DNA of 64,000 nucleotides from Eledone cirrhosa (lineage: Eukaryota), in the NCBI GenBank assembly GCA_964016885.1, contig OZ024744.1, positions 51,832,001-51,896,000 of the forward strand, given 5' to 3'. The notes below the pieces were generated by a model. That model was not told the origin of the DNA. It saw only the letters and a program-made list of their open reading frames with translations, and made no database searches. Below, in pieces: positions 45,527 through 59,031 of the stretch. Made by a program: the position numbers and the translations under genes. Position 1 is the stretch's first letter. Each line of letters begins with the position of its first letter.

Positions 45527-48500
45527 TTTTCTTTATTAACCACAAGGGTTTACATAAAGTAGACATTAAGGACAGTGCAGGACAATACAGGACGGTACAA
45601 ATGGGCATTTCTGCGTGTAAAAAACAAAAACAGAGGGTGTAACAATAAATAACAATGAAAAATTCCCCAATAGGGGGGAGACTTCGGAGGGACATTTATG
45701 GAGAAAGCCCACAATGACCCTGACCACCAAGGCAAGTGCCCTCTCCCAGTTTTCCACCTTTAATTTACAGATATATACTCAGAGTAGGCCCATTCACTCG
45801 GGCCATTCTTGCTTCTCTCACCCATCTTTCAACAAAATGCTGGGAAGAGAGCACTTCCCTCTCTACCCTGATTTTCCTTTTCAAATGAAATTTGAAAAAG
45901 TCAATCAGAGCATCACCGAAGAGGTAAGTGCTCGTCTTCAGTCCTTTCAAACGTGTCCACCATACTATCTCTTTCGCTATGGCCACCAGACAGATAAAAA
46001 CTGCCTGCCCTTCCCGGCTAAAGGAGGAGGGCGGGGCAATCCTCACGATGGACTCAGATGATAGCCGGATCCGTCCTACACGCGACAGCAGGTGTTCGAC
46101 ATAAACCCACAAGTTAGCAATTTTCGGACACTGGACGAGTGCGTGCAGGACGGTTTCGTCGCCCTGCGCGCATCTCGGACATGCCCGGCTGACGGCACCT
46201 CCATGCCTGTAGAGTTTATCCCGAACTGGCAAAGCTCCTCGGTAGCACTGCCAGGCCAGAGATTTCTGGAAGTTGTCCATAGGCCCTGGCCCGAAAGTTC
46301 TTCCGAAGAGAGTGGCTAGTTGATTTTCGTCGACGCCTAGAGTTTCCCCAAGTACGTCGTCGCTCTTCCCCCCCCCCCCCCCCACTAATCCTCTATAGAA
46401 CGCCAAGGTGGAGTTTCCACCGATCACATTGCCCGATTGGTCGAGGGCTGTGAGCGCCTGAAGACATTCCAGTCTCCACGCGCTCCCTCTCCTTCTCGGA
46501 CGAGCTGGGAAAATACGCGTCTAGCAAACGGCGACCACACCTGATCACCGTCGAGGAAGAGGTGGAGATGTCGTAGCCTGAGCGCGTGCCTGCGCATCAT
46601 CAGCCACGGCATGTCCAGCCCTCCACGTAGCGGGTGTTGACAATAGATGTACTGCCTGACCATCGGAGCGCGTCCCTTCCACAAAAAGAGAAAGAGCAAA
46701 CGCTCCAGCGCAGTCAGGCGAGGCTTAGGACAAGGTACGACGGTCAGGCGGTAGCAGATGACAGACGCGATGTACGCGTTAGCCACCTCCGCTCGACCTT
46801 TCAGGGATAGCTTCCTCTCCGCCCATTTCTGGGTGAGAGAAGCCACCCTGCTCGTCACCTCGTCCCAGTTTTTGTCCGTCTGGAGGTCCGGACCGAACCA
46901 GACCCCTAGCAATTTAACCGGTCCGTCCGTCCAGCGTCCGACGACGCTGTTGGACGGCATGGACCTGCCTCTACAGGTGCCGAGCTGCAGGCCCACTGAC
47001 TTTTCCTGGTTGATCATTGCTCCTGTCACCGCTTCGTATTCTCTTAGTGTAGTGCCGATCGCCTCGATGTGTTTGGCGTTCGACACCACTACGGTGACAT
47101 CGTCCGCATATGCTGACACGGATCTTCCGCATCCTAGTTCGCGCGGGACGCCCCTCAACGTCTCCAGTTTGTGCAGTAATGGCTCGAGAGTCAATACGTA
47201 CAAGAGGGACGAGAGGGGACATCCTTGGCGGACCGAGCGCATGATGTTGAACGGTTCCGAAAGGTGACCGTTCACTCTCACCACAGAGCAGATGTCGCTG
47301 TGCATGGCAGCAATCCAGCCTCTGAAGACGGGCCCAAAGCCAGCCGCCTTCAGGACTGCCGCTAGGTAACGATGGTCGACCCTATCGAAAGCTTTCGACT
47401 GATATAAATTGATCAAGTACCCACCCGTGCCAGGTTCCCTAGCTACCCTCTCTACGATGTATCGCATGAGGTGGAGGTTGTCGTGGATGGATCTGTCGGG
47501 AATGGCGCATGTCTGCGCCTCTCCCACCAGACCACCAACGACAAGCGCCAACCTCTTTGCTAGCACCTTGGCCAAAATCTTGAACTCTGTGTTTAGCAGA
47601 GTTATGGGCCTAAAATTATCTATGTATTCCCCCTTGTTCGGATCCTTTCTCAGCAGAGCCACAGCTCCTCGGCTCACAGAGCTGGGAATTCTCCCGTTCT
47701 GTTGCCAGTTGCAGTAGACGTCCGCCAAGAGGCTTCCGAACAAGTCTGGCATCTGTACGTAAAGTTCAGAGGGCAGACCATCCAAACCAGGCGATTTACC
47801 CCTTGTGCAGCTAGTCATTGCCTCCCGTACTTCAGCGGCTGTTATCGGCTTTTCGCAACACTCCACCTCAGTGGCCGAGAGCCGCGGCAGTCCGTCGAGG
47901 TAGACACTAAAGTCCATCCCTCGATCCGGCCCACCGGGGGAAGGAAGAGAAGTTTTTCTTTTTTGGTTTCTTTTTTTCTTTTTTCCTGATACCGTTTCCC
48001 ACTCCCCGTCGTCACAATCTGTCTCCAGTTGCGATAAGCCGGGGAGTGGAAAATCCTCCACAGGCGTTGGTTTTGGTTGTGGCGTGGTGGATGGTGTAGG
48101 CGCTGGTGCTAGTTCTGAAGCGTTGGGTGGTGGTGGTGTTGGTTTTGCTACTGTTGCTGGGGTTGTTGCTGTTACAGTTGCTGCTACAGTTGTTGCTGCC
48201 ATTTCTGCTGCTTGTGGTGTTGATGGTTGAGTCACTGGGGTGGGTAAGAGAGGTGGCCTCAACCTTTTAGCCTGAGGGCAGAAAGCCCTTAGGTGGGTTC
48301 CTTCACCACAAACCTAGGTCTTCTGCCCTCGACGATTACGGTGAGGTGGCTGCCGTCAGTGAGGTCTATTACCTCTGGGATCTCCTCAATGCTTTTATGG
48401 TCCGCTTGGATCAGGATCTCCATCCCACATCCGGACCAGTTCTCCTGCTTTTCTTTTGCTATTGCTATTATTTTGGTGTTGGCCTCGATGCCGGCGAGGA

Positions 48501-49531
48501 CGGCAGCCATTAGCCAGGGAATTTCGATGGCCGGTGGAACGTGGGTCACCATGATCTTCACAAGTCTCTGGCCACAATAGCTTGGGACGAGTGTGAAGTC
48601 GTCATTTCTTAATGGGGCCATGGAGTGTTCTCTGGCCTCCTGTGGTGTTTCAAAGAACACGTCCACGGTTTCACATTTCTGCCCATGTCTGATGTGGGGT
48701 TTTTTTGCCCACACATCTCCCAAAGCTTTTTGGATTTGGGACTCCGATGCCCGTTCCACTCGGCGAGATTTTATGTTAATTGTCCGATAAGACACGGTGC
48801 ATAGGCGACGTTGCTCCATTTTATTAGGGGGGGGTGAGGCTGACCCTATACCCATCTTTCTTTACCATTCCTTTGGCTTCTTCTAATTCCTCCTGAGTTA
48901 CCTGGATCGCTTCGCACGTTTTTGCTACTCTGGCAAAACTCAGGGTAGTTTTCTTAATTTCATTGTTGCTGTTGTTGTTATCGTTATTTTTGCTATTGTT
49001 AATTTTAGTTTCAGTTGTGGTGGTGGTGGCGTCAGTGGTGTTCGGTGTGGAAGAGTTCATTTTGGTTGAATTCATTTCGATAACACGAGTTAATTTTTTT
49101 TTTCTGTTGTCGCTGTGGTGGTGGTGGGGGTGGTGCTTGTCGCGGTAGTGGTGGTGGTGGCGGCTTTAACACCTGCAGTCATTGGTAATGGCGGGAAATG
49201 AACGTCTGCCTGAGACAAATTTAAAATATTGGTACTGCTTACATTTCCAGTGTTGGTAAACGTAGCAATATTTACAATGGTGGTGTCGGTGTGAGGTGTT
49301 AGAGTGTGAGAAAGGAGTGACTCTGAGACATCCATGAATTTTCAAAGAAAAATTTTTGTTTGATAATTATAAAAAGTTTAAATTTTGGGCACAAGGCCTT
49401 TTCAGAAATAAATGTATATGCACTTATATACAGTTAACAATAACAATTTTCCATAAATGGTAATTTTAAACAACTGAAAATAACAAACCGTTGCTGAGCT
49501 CACGATGATACGATTTACTACGTAGGTCGCC
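45525..49531 (-). mobile_element. L1/Tx1-like LINE copy 2 (divergent subfamily) with internal deletion of the APE domain
   Basis: ORF1 pieces 48289-49335; ORF 46424-48262 joins the ORF1 tail to RT; Zn-finger piece 45765-46427; (AAT)n flanks. Confidence 0.9.
46424..48262 (-). CDS. ORF1-tail/RT in-frame fusion ORF (612 aa), no endonuclease
   Basis: P/T-rich segment and KKKKRNQKRK followed directly by GGPDRGMDF..KSPGLDG..KAFDRVDH..RQGCPLS..YADD. Confidence 0.7.
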   Translation of the reverse strand: MRPPLLPTPVTQPSTPQAAEMAATTVAATVTATTPATVAKPTPPPPNASELAPAPTPSTTPQPKPTPVEDFPLPGLSQLETDCDDGEWETVSGKKKKRNQKRKTSLPSPGGPDRGMDFSVYLDGLPRLSATEVECCEKPITAAEVREAMTSCTRGKSPGLDGLPSELYVQMPDLFGSLLADVYCNWQQNGRIPSSVSRGAVALLRKDPNKGEYIDNFRPITLLNTEFKILAKVLAKRLALVVGGLVGEAQTCAIPDRSIHDNLHLMRYIVERVAREPGTGGYLINLYQSKAFDRVDHRYLAAVLKAAGFGPVFRGWIAAMHSDICSVVRVNGHLSEPFNIMRSVRQGCPLSSLLYVLTLEPLLHKLETLRGVPRELGCGRSVSAYADDVTVVVSNAKHIEAIGTTLREYEAVTGAMINQEKSVGLQLGTCRGRSMPSNSVVGRWTDGPVKLLGVWFGPDLQTDKNWDEVTSRVASLTQKWAERKLSLKGRAEVANAYIASVICYRLTVVPCPKPRLTALERLLFLFLWKGRAPMVRQYIYCQHPLRGGLDMPWLMMRRHALRLRHLHLFLDGDQVWSPFARRVFSQLVREGEGARGDWNVFRRSQPSTNRAM

Positions 49532-49550
49532 AATAATAATAATAATAATA

Positions 49551-52545
49551 AGAGAGATTAGGTTGGAAATGGAGAGTGGAATATGCTAGGCAAACCAGCC
49601 AGTGGGAAATGAAGGTGAAGAGGTTGAGAGAACGGAGGAGGCATCCGAAGCAGACAATGATCTGAATGCTGAAATAAATAATACCTGGAACAAAGATACG
49701 GCCATTGAGGAGATGAATGCTGACGGGCTAGGACAAGATTTGGTTGATATCCTAAACTTAGTGGTAGATGAATTGAACAATGATAGTGGGAAACCTATGA
49801 ACCTAAGATTTGTAGACAGGAAAAAGTTAAAAGAAACAACAGCTAAGGTAAACAAAGTCATCCCATACCTTGAGGCGAGGAACCTTCACCAGTGCAACAA
49901 TATCCTCAAAGCAACAGCAAATGCGGTGAGGAAATTACTTGGTATAAAAGCGAGAGGAAACAACAGACAAGAAAGATCAGAGCCTTGGTGGAAGAAACGA
50001 CTGAATGGTCAAATCAGGGAAATGAGAAATGACATTGGAAAGCTTGAGTCCCTACTAAATGGGACACTAAAAAACATAGACACTAAAAATAGACTGGAAA
50101 TAAAGTACAAAACTAGGAGGAAAAAGCTAAATATTATCATAGAGGAACTGAAGCAACGCATTTTAGCAAAGAGTGCAAAAATTAGGCGATTCGAGAGCAG
50201 AGTCAGTCAGTATAGACAGAACCGCATGTTTGACAACAACCAGAAGATGCTGTTTGGACAGCTTGAAGGGAAAGAAAGAGGCAACGACTTGATCCCCGAA
50301 GCGGAACAAACTAAGACATTCTGGAGAGGAATATGGGAGCAGGATGTTAAACATAATGACCAGGCAGTGTGGATTGAGACAGTACAAAAGGAGATTAGTG
50401 AACAGGCACACCAACAAACTGATTTGAGTATCACAGTTGAAACTCTTGATGTCAGGTGAGGTACCAGAGTGGTTGACAAAAGGTACCACAGTTCTGGTAA
50501 TGAAAGACCGAACCAAGGGTAATGATGTTACCAACTATAGACCTATCACAAATCTGTCCGTAATGTGGAAACTGTTGACAAGCATTGTGTCTGAGGAAAT
50601 CTACCATCACCTCCACACAAACAAATTGTTACCGGACGAACAGAAAGGATGCCGAAAGAAGTCTCGTGGTACAAAGGACCAGTTACTTATTGATAAGATG
50701 GTAATGAGGAATTGCAAGAGGAGACACACTGGTCTTGCCATGGGATGGATAGATTACAAAAAGGCATTTGACATGGTGCCCCATTCTAGGATCACGAAAA
50801 GCCTAGAGATCTTCAAGGTGGCAGATAACATCAGACAGTTGTTGGGCAAAAGGGTGAAGTCCTGGAAAACAGAGTTAACATCAGCTGGAGAATCCTTGGG
50901 AGGCGTGAAGATCAAGAGAGGTATCTTTCAGGGAGATAGTCTGTCCCCTCTGTTGTTTGTCCTTGCCCTGATGCCCCTGACCATTATACTGCGAAAAGTG
51001 AGAGCAGGATGCAAGTTGGGAAAGGGAGAGCTTACCATCAATCACCTCCTCTTCATGGGCGATCTTAAACTCTTCGGGAAGAGTGAGAAGGAGTTGGATG
51101 TGCTTGTTGACACTGTCCGTATTTTCAGCAATGATATATGTATGCAATTTGGTATTAGTAAGTGTAGAGTCCTTGTGAGGAAGAGGGGGTAAATTGAGCA
51201 GAAGCAACGGAATCCATGTACCAACAGGATACAAGTATTTGGGTGTTCTGGAGGCTGATGACATCAAGAACAAATAAATGAAGGAATTGATAAGATCTGA
51301 ATACATTCGGAGAGTAAGAAGCGTATTAAAGTCACATCTGAACAGTAGGAATGCCATAAGTGCAGTAAATTCCCGTGCTGTGTCTATTATTAGGTACAGT
51401 GCGGGAATTCTGAGATGGAATGTTGCTGAACAAAAAGAAATGAATAGGAAGACTAGGAAGCTATTGACTATCTACAACATGTTCCACAAGAGGAGTGATG
51501 TCGATAGACTCTACTTAAGGAGATCTGAAGGTGGAAGAGGTCTTATCAGCATAGAGGACTGTGTTCAGATGGAGAAAAACAACCTACACAAATATGTGAC
51601 TGATAGTAAGGAGCCAATGCTCAGAACTGTACTGAAGGAGAGGACAATAGACCAGGGGGGATGTCCAAGGAGGAAATAACAACAAGGAGAAAGAGCAGCC
51701 TTCATGAAAAATCTCTTCATAGTACCTTCTTTGATAAAACTGAATTCAGAGATCCACAGACATGGAACTGGTTGAAAAGAGGAGACCTTAAAAAGGCTAC
51801 AGAAGGAATGTTAATGGCTGCACAAGAGCAGGCCCTCAAAACGAAGTGGTTGAAACACCATATTTACAAGGAGGAGGCTAGCCCACTGTGCAGGATCTGT
51901 GGAGAGAGGAGACTGTGGCTCACATTGTATCCGAGTGTAAACACCTAGCCCAGACTCACTATAAGGGCTGGAGACATGATGTGATGGGCAGGGTGATCCA
52001 CTGGCACCTATGCAAAGTAAACAATTTACCACCTTCTGAGAAGTGGTATGAGCATAAGCCAGGGTCGGTGATAGAAAACGATCAGGTGAAGGTGCTATGG
52101 GATTTTAGGATACAGACGGACAAGAAACTGGAACACAATAGACCTGACCTGGTGGTTTTGGACAAAGAAAAAAGATCATGCCTGATTGTGGATGTGGCCT
52201 GCCCATTCAACACGAGAGTGCAAGAGAAGGAGAGGGAGAAAATTAACCGACAGGACTTAAAGTGGGATGTAAAAAGGATTTGGAACTGCAATGAAGTGAA
52301 AGTGGTCCCGATTGTCATAGGCGCACTGGGTACTATCTCAAAAAGTTTCCAGGGATGGTTAAAGAAAATAGGCCCCACCACGCTTTTTGGAACGCTTCAA
52401 AAGGCATGCTTGCTGGGAACAGCAAGAACCCTCCGATACGTCCTGAATATCTGAGGCTGCAGGTAGTGGCTTGATATTCATTCCAACGGACTTTCCAGTT
52501 AACTAACATCAATGACTGAGACTCAAAGAACAACAATATTAATAA
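49551..52545 (+). mobile_element. R4/Dong-like non-LTR retrotransposon (RT + CCHC + restriction-like endonuclease), degenerate, in (AAT)n
   Basis: [43 protein letters not shown] (DD lost), GGRGL, AAQEQAL, CRIC..ETVAHIVSEC, RHD, RPDLVV..IVDVACP. Confidence 0.92.
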
Positions 52546-52552
52546 TAATAAT

Positions 52553-53000
52553 GCTTTCTTTATTGGTCACAAGGGCTGACATAGAGAAAAAGATTACAGA
52601 CGACACATGATGGTACAGGACGGTACGATGTGGGTTTTGTACGTGTAAAGATTTTTATTATTTATATAAGAAAAGAAAAAGACAAAAACATAGAAACATA
52701 TATATATATAAACAATAAAAATGAAAATTGAGACAATGAAAAATTCCCCAATAGGGGGGAAACCTTCGAGGGTTACTCGTGGCGAAAGCCACACAAAAGA
52801 CTACGGCCAGCCTGACCACCAGGGCAAGCGCCCTCTCTCAATTTTTCCATCTCTCAAACTACAGGCGTATATTCAGAGTGGTCCCGTTCACGCGGACCAT
52901 TCTCGCTACATTCACCCACCTTTCAACAAACTTGCTAGAAGGCAGCACTTGCCTCTCCACCCTGATTTTCCTCTTCAAGTGAAACTTGAAAAAGTTATTT

Positions 53001-53005
<5 letters not shown>
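52553..53005 (-). mobile_element. 5'-truncated 3' end of the Tx1-like family (copy 1 subfamily)
   Basis: Highly similar to 39575-40026. Confidence 0.9.
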
Positions 53006-53340
<335 letters not shown>

Positions 53341-53619
53341 TAGTGAGGGTTTTTTTACAAAATGAAAAATAACCGAGGTGTCCTACACGAGTGAAAGTAT
53401 AAAGAAAAAAAGATGAAATCGAAAATGCAACTGGAGTCTTATTTCAAAAAATATATATATATTTATTTGGTTCCTTTACCGGTTTCGCAGTTCTTCTGTT
53501 TTTCAAAAATAGAGTTGAGATGGAGGGTCTGTGGTTTTTCTCACATCTTTATATATGTATATATATATATATATATAGCCAATATATATATATATAGCCA
53601 ATATATATATATATATATA

Positions 53620-55262
53620 GCCAATAAAAACACACGCACCTGTTGGTTTTCACTTCAATTTATTATAAATTTCTGGTTGGTTGGTTGATTGGTTCAATAA
53701 TCGGATGGTTGTTTATATATTGTCAAAGCCTTTTCGTCACACATTCTGTGACCTCCTCAGTGACAAGGTTTTTATTTTGTGCCTCTCCTTTGTTCTGTCT
53801 TACACCATCTTGTTTGTGTGTGTTGTATGTAGTGCACTTAGTTGGCGCATGTGTTACATCTGGGTGTGTGATTGTTTTTATTCATCTATTTATGTGTTTA
53901 TTTATTTGTCACTAGTTGGTTGTTTGTTCTATCTGTGTGTGTTTGTTTTGTTAGTTTGGTTTTTGTGTGTGTCTGTATGTCTTCATTTTGTCCTTAATTA
54001 CTAGTTGTGATGTTGCTATTCCACTCATGTTTTCTGTTTAATTTTGGGTGGAGTTCGTTTATATGTGTCGGCTCTGTGATTTGCCTGAGCATTACATCTT
54101 TTCTGTGCGTGCATATAATTTTTATCTCTGTTCTCTAATGTGCCACAATATTCTATTTTGGCATGTTGGTGGAGTACTGATGAGTTCCCATCCTGGAGTT
54201 CTCGCCAATGTTCACTTATCCTTGCTCCTATGCTACGGAGTGTTTAACCTATGTATGTTATATTCTTATTCCTACACTGTCCGTCAGTACATCTTATGCT
54301 ATATATTACGTTCATAGTTTTGCAGTTAGTTTGAGGGCTTAGCTTGCAGACTTTGCATTTTCTATCAGCACAGGGGATCTTTGAAATGGGTTTGTTTTAC
54401 TCATTAGGGTTTTTATGGAAATACCTGGTCTTTTAGCTATCTTAATATTTAATTTGAGCTTGCCTAGGGCCCTTCTAAATATGTAAGCTAGTTCAACTCT
54501 AGGGGTTGTATTGGTGAACATTACACACTGGAATTTATTGCTATCATACCATGAGTTTATTTTATTTGCATTATTCCTAATCCTTTCCATTCTGTTCCAA
54601 AATGTGTTCCTATACATGGGGCAAGTCCTATTTGCCTAATTTTCTATAATCTTTGTCCATTTGGTTCTGGCTCCTTTATATACGCTGATCTTGTCTCTCT
54701 GATTGTAGCCAGAGAACTGCATGCGGTGGATGAAGTGTTGTATTTGTCTCTCTAATTATTTAGGGCTGCTCATGCGGGACACGTTCCTCACACTCTTACT
54801 AAGTCCGCAATCAGTATGTTGATGTTTACGTGATATTAAACAGCCGAGTTTCGGTGGATCAGGTATTTGTAGGTTGGCATAATGCGAATGGAGGATTTGC
54901 GTTCTATTCCTAATAGTTTCCAACCAGAGTTCTGTGTCTTGTACGGGTAATCTATGGTTGGGGTGTTTAGTTGGGTAGTCTATACTAACATTAATACTTA
55001 ATACTCTGGTGGATGGAGTTACTATTTGCTGGATGCTTTCCTTAAGGAACATACGTTCAAGTTTAATGGCAAAATATGCCCAAGAGGAAGGAGCAGCCAT
55101 TGGCGTTAGCATTGCAGTTGAGATAGCTAACCTCTTTATAGTATGGTGGGACAGAAAACTTAAGGAACAATTAGACGACAATTTTATAACCCTGACAATG
55201 TACTCCCGCTACCTAGATGACATAAATATCGTAGTAAAACCATCCCGCAGGAGAACAGTCAG
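53620..55262 (-). mobile_element. Degenerate family F Penelope-like element with 5' inversion
   Basis: Minus ORFs 54756-55050 (IDYPTKHPNHRLPV.D) and 54339-54617 are homologous to 16100-17380; 55050-55262 encodes the upstream YSRYLDD segment on +. Confidence 0.85.
53720..53766 (-). ncRNA. Minimal type I hammerhead in the family F 3' UTR
   Basis: Minus: TTGTCA-CTGAGGA-G GTCACA gaatg TGTGAC-GAA-AAGGCT-T-TGACAA. Confidence 0.7.
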
Positions 55263-55499
55263 GAATTAGAGAAGATGATAAAGATGATGATGATGATAAT
55301 GATATGATGATGATGATGGTGATGAGGATAATAATGATGATGATGATGATGGGGTACGTGATGAGGATGATGACGATGATGATGATGAAAGTGATAATGA
55401 TTTTGATATCATAACATAGACATTGTTAGCGGTGCTGGTAAGCTTAGTTTAGTTTGAGTGATGATAATGATGATGATGATGATGATGATAATATAGGAC

Positions 55500-56000
55500 A
55501 GCTGGGGGATATCCACTGAACCCCTTTGTGAAGATCGCACATCTACCTTCCTTTGGTGGGGAACGACAACCAGGTTTTATCTGTCATGTGACCATAAGGA
55601 AAGAGGTTGTGTGGTGGACATGATTGGATAAAGGAAATTGGAGTGGATGGCTGTGACAACCATGCTACAAGTAGACGGTGCAGTTTTGCATCTGTAGATA
55701 AGAGGAGGATAAACTGAGAGAAGGTACTTGCTTTAGTGATCCGACAGGACTTGCTTTGAGCGTGCACATCTAGATTGGAGATGGGCAGTGGGAAAAAGTT
55801 GGCCGTGGTTTTACTGGGATCTTCCAAGAGTGATCCTTGGAAGTTTCCTTACCCTTATTGGAGAATTTCTCTTTGTTTGAACACTATTGTTATCAAATTC
55901 GCTTTGGTTGTCCTTCCTTTGTTTCATATAAATCAACGCTTATACCGTCCTATGCCGTCCTTGTCCCTTTTGTAAATCCTTGTGGCTAATAAAGAAATTA
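55500..56000 (+). mobile_element. Old 3' fragment of a Tx1-like LINE
   Basis: ERQPGFICHVTIRKEVVWWT resembles EGQAVFICLVAIAKEIVWWT; ends CCTTGTGGCTAATAAAGAAA. Confidence 0.65.
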
Positions 56001-56050
56001 TCGTCATCATCATCATCATCCTCATCCTCATCATCATCATCATCATCGTC

Positions 56051-56082
<32 letters not shown>

Positions 56083-56178
56083 CATCACCATCATAACCAT
56101 CATCGTCATCGTAATCATAATCAACATCAGCAGCATTATTTAGTTGTAGTTAGAGTAGTAGTGGTGGTAGTGGTGATT

Positions 56179-56231
<53 letters not shown>

Positions 56232-56316
56232 TGTAGTAGTAGTAGTAGTAGTAATAGCAGCAGCAGTAGCAGTAGTAGCAGCATCAGCATCAGAAGTAGC
56301 AGTAGTAGTAGTAGTT

Positions 56317-56368
<52 letters not shown>

Positions 56369-57015
56369 CAGTAGTAGTAGTAGTAGTAGTAGTAGTAGCA
56401 GTAGTAGTAGTATTTTCCATTGTTATTCTTATCTTACAGCTAAAAAATAAAATTTGCTATCGCCAGGGTGGTTGACTGTATGAACGCTGGTGCATTACAA
56501 CAGGGGAATGTGTTTGATTGCAGTCTGTATGGTATGTCCTTCTGTCACACACACACATTACATACACACATTACATACACACAGACATACATACACAGAC
56601 ACACGCACACGCACGCACACACACACATACACATACATACATACACATATGCACACATACACACATACACACACGCACATATACATACATACATATACAT
56701 ACACATACATACATACACATATGCACACATACATACATACATACACATACAAACACACATTCATACATATACAGCACACAAACATACATACACACATATA
56801 CATACACATACACATACATGCATATACATATACACACACATACACACATATTTACACATCCAAACATACACACACACACATATATATATATACACCCATC
56901 GAGGCACACACACACACACACGCATAGACACACATACACATACGCACACACACGCACACAAACACATACGCTTTCTCCACAACCCTCTCTCCCCCACTCT
57001 CTCTTTCTCTCTATG

Positions 57016-57093
<78 letters not shown>

Positions 57094-57104
57094 ATATTTC
57101 TCTC

Positions 57105-57299
57105 TGGCGGTGGATTGGCAGTATCGGTAGAGGGTCGGACGCCATGCTTTGCAGCACACAGTTACGTCCCTTTACGGACTGAGTTCAAATCCCGCCGAGG
57201 TTAACTTCGCCTTTCATCCTTACGGGGTCGATAAAATAAAGTACCAGTGATACACTGAGATAATTGCTGGCCTTGTGCCAAAAGTAGAAACAATTATTT
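57105..57299 (+). mobile_element. S1 tRNA-derived SINE, full length
   Basis: TGGCAGTATCGG A box, GAGTTCAAATCCC B box, 3' end GGCCTTGTGCCAAAAGTAGAAACAATTATT. Confidence 0.88.
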
Positions 57300-57802
57300 C
57301 TCTCTTTCTTCATCCATTCATTTCTCCCTGTTTTTCGTTTAACTTCTCCTCTGCATTCGCTTCCCCCCTCCTTCTCTCATCCCCCTCTCTCTGTACTCTC
57401 CTCCTCCCCCTTCTTCTCCTCCTCTCTCTCCCACTATTACAGTATATATGAGCAATCCCACAGTAGTACTCTACCTAATTTTCTCAACTATTATTTATAG
57501 TGATTTACTATTGTTATAGTCGTTTACGTTGGAACGACTCCCTTTCAAATTTCCCCAATTTTTCTTATGTCACCCGGCTGTTTAACATTTTTAGGTACTG
57601 GCTTAAAACTTTCTAGAATCCCGATAATTGGTGACCAGGGATGTCTGCCAAGAGATATGGGGGTTCGGCTCTTGACTGGAACCGCTGTCCACTTTTTCCT
57701 CTCTCCATGGGTACTTTAATCAATTTTCTAAACTATTATTTGTGATGGTACATAGTATATATAGTCTCTTACTTTGGAACATTTCAAATGTATATATACC
57801 TG

Positions 57803-57860
<58 letters not shown>

Positions 57861-57868
57861 ACTCTCTG

Positions 57869-57927
<59 letters not shown>

Positions 57928-57930
57928 CCC

Positions 57931-57973
<43 letters not shown>

Positions 57974-58396
57974 CACCACCCTCACCCTATCTCTTAATAT
58001 GAAAAATAAATAATTGTTTCTACTTGTGGCACAAGGCCAGCAATTATCTCAGTGCCTTACTGGTACTTTACGCACTGGGATAATTGCTGGCCTTGTGCCA
58101 AAAGTAGAAACAATTATTTATTTTTATATTAAGAGATAGGGTGGGGGTTGTGGCGAGAGAACGGAGAGAGAGAGGGGGGGTGAGCGAGAGGAGGCATGAG
58201 AGAGATACAGGTATATATAAAAAAATAAATAATAAAACCAAAAGTTTAGGAATTTACAACATTTTTATTAGTGTTACGACCGTTTCTACAAACGAAATAA
58301 AGTGAAGAGATTGGGCCATTTAAACATTTTCATTTAAGAAATATTCCAGTTTATGGAAGTAAATCTATATACTGGTTACCAGGCCTAATCAAAATA

Positions 58397-59031
58397 ATGT
58401 TTCTACTTTTTTGGCACAAGGCCAGCAATTACTCCAGTGTATTACTGGTACTTTATTTTATCGACCCGTATGGGTGAAAGGCAAAGTTAACCTCGTCGGG
58501 ATTTAAACTCAGAACTTAAAGGGCCATAACTCTATGCTGCAAAGCATGGTGTCTGATGCTCTACCGATACTGCCAAACCACTGCCCTAATAATAATAATT
58601 GTTTCTACTTTTGGCACAAGGCCAGCAATTATCCCAGTACATTACTGGTACTTTATTTTATCGACCCCGTAAGGATGAAAGGCAAAGTTAACCTCGGCGG
58701 GATTTGAACTCAGATCGTAAAGGGACGTAACTATGCTGGAAAGCATGGCCTCCGACCCTCTACCGATACTGCCAATCCACCGCCCTAATAATAATAATAA
58801 TAATGATGATTTCTACTATAGGCACAAGGCCAGCATTTTGAAGGGGGGGGGGGGGGTCGATTAAATCGACAATTACTCCAGTGCATTATTGGTACTTTAT
58901 TTTATCGACCTCGTAAGGATGAAAGGCAAAGCTAAAATCGGCGGGATTTGAACTCAGAACATAAAGGGCCATAACTCTATGCTACAAAGCATGGTGCCCG
59001 ACTCTCTACTGATACTGCCAAACTACCGTCC
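58397..59031 (-). mobile_element. Three head-to-tail S1 SINEs (58397-58587, 58597-58786, 58808-59031)
   Basis: Each copy is full length; separated by (TAA)n. Confidence 0.88.

Noticed and set aside
57105-57195. Possible tRNA gene
   Set aside because: A and B boxes are present but there is no cloverleaf; it continues into a multi-copy SINE body
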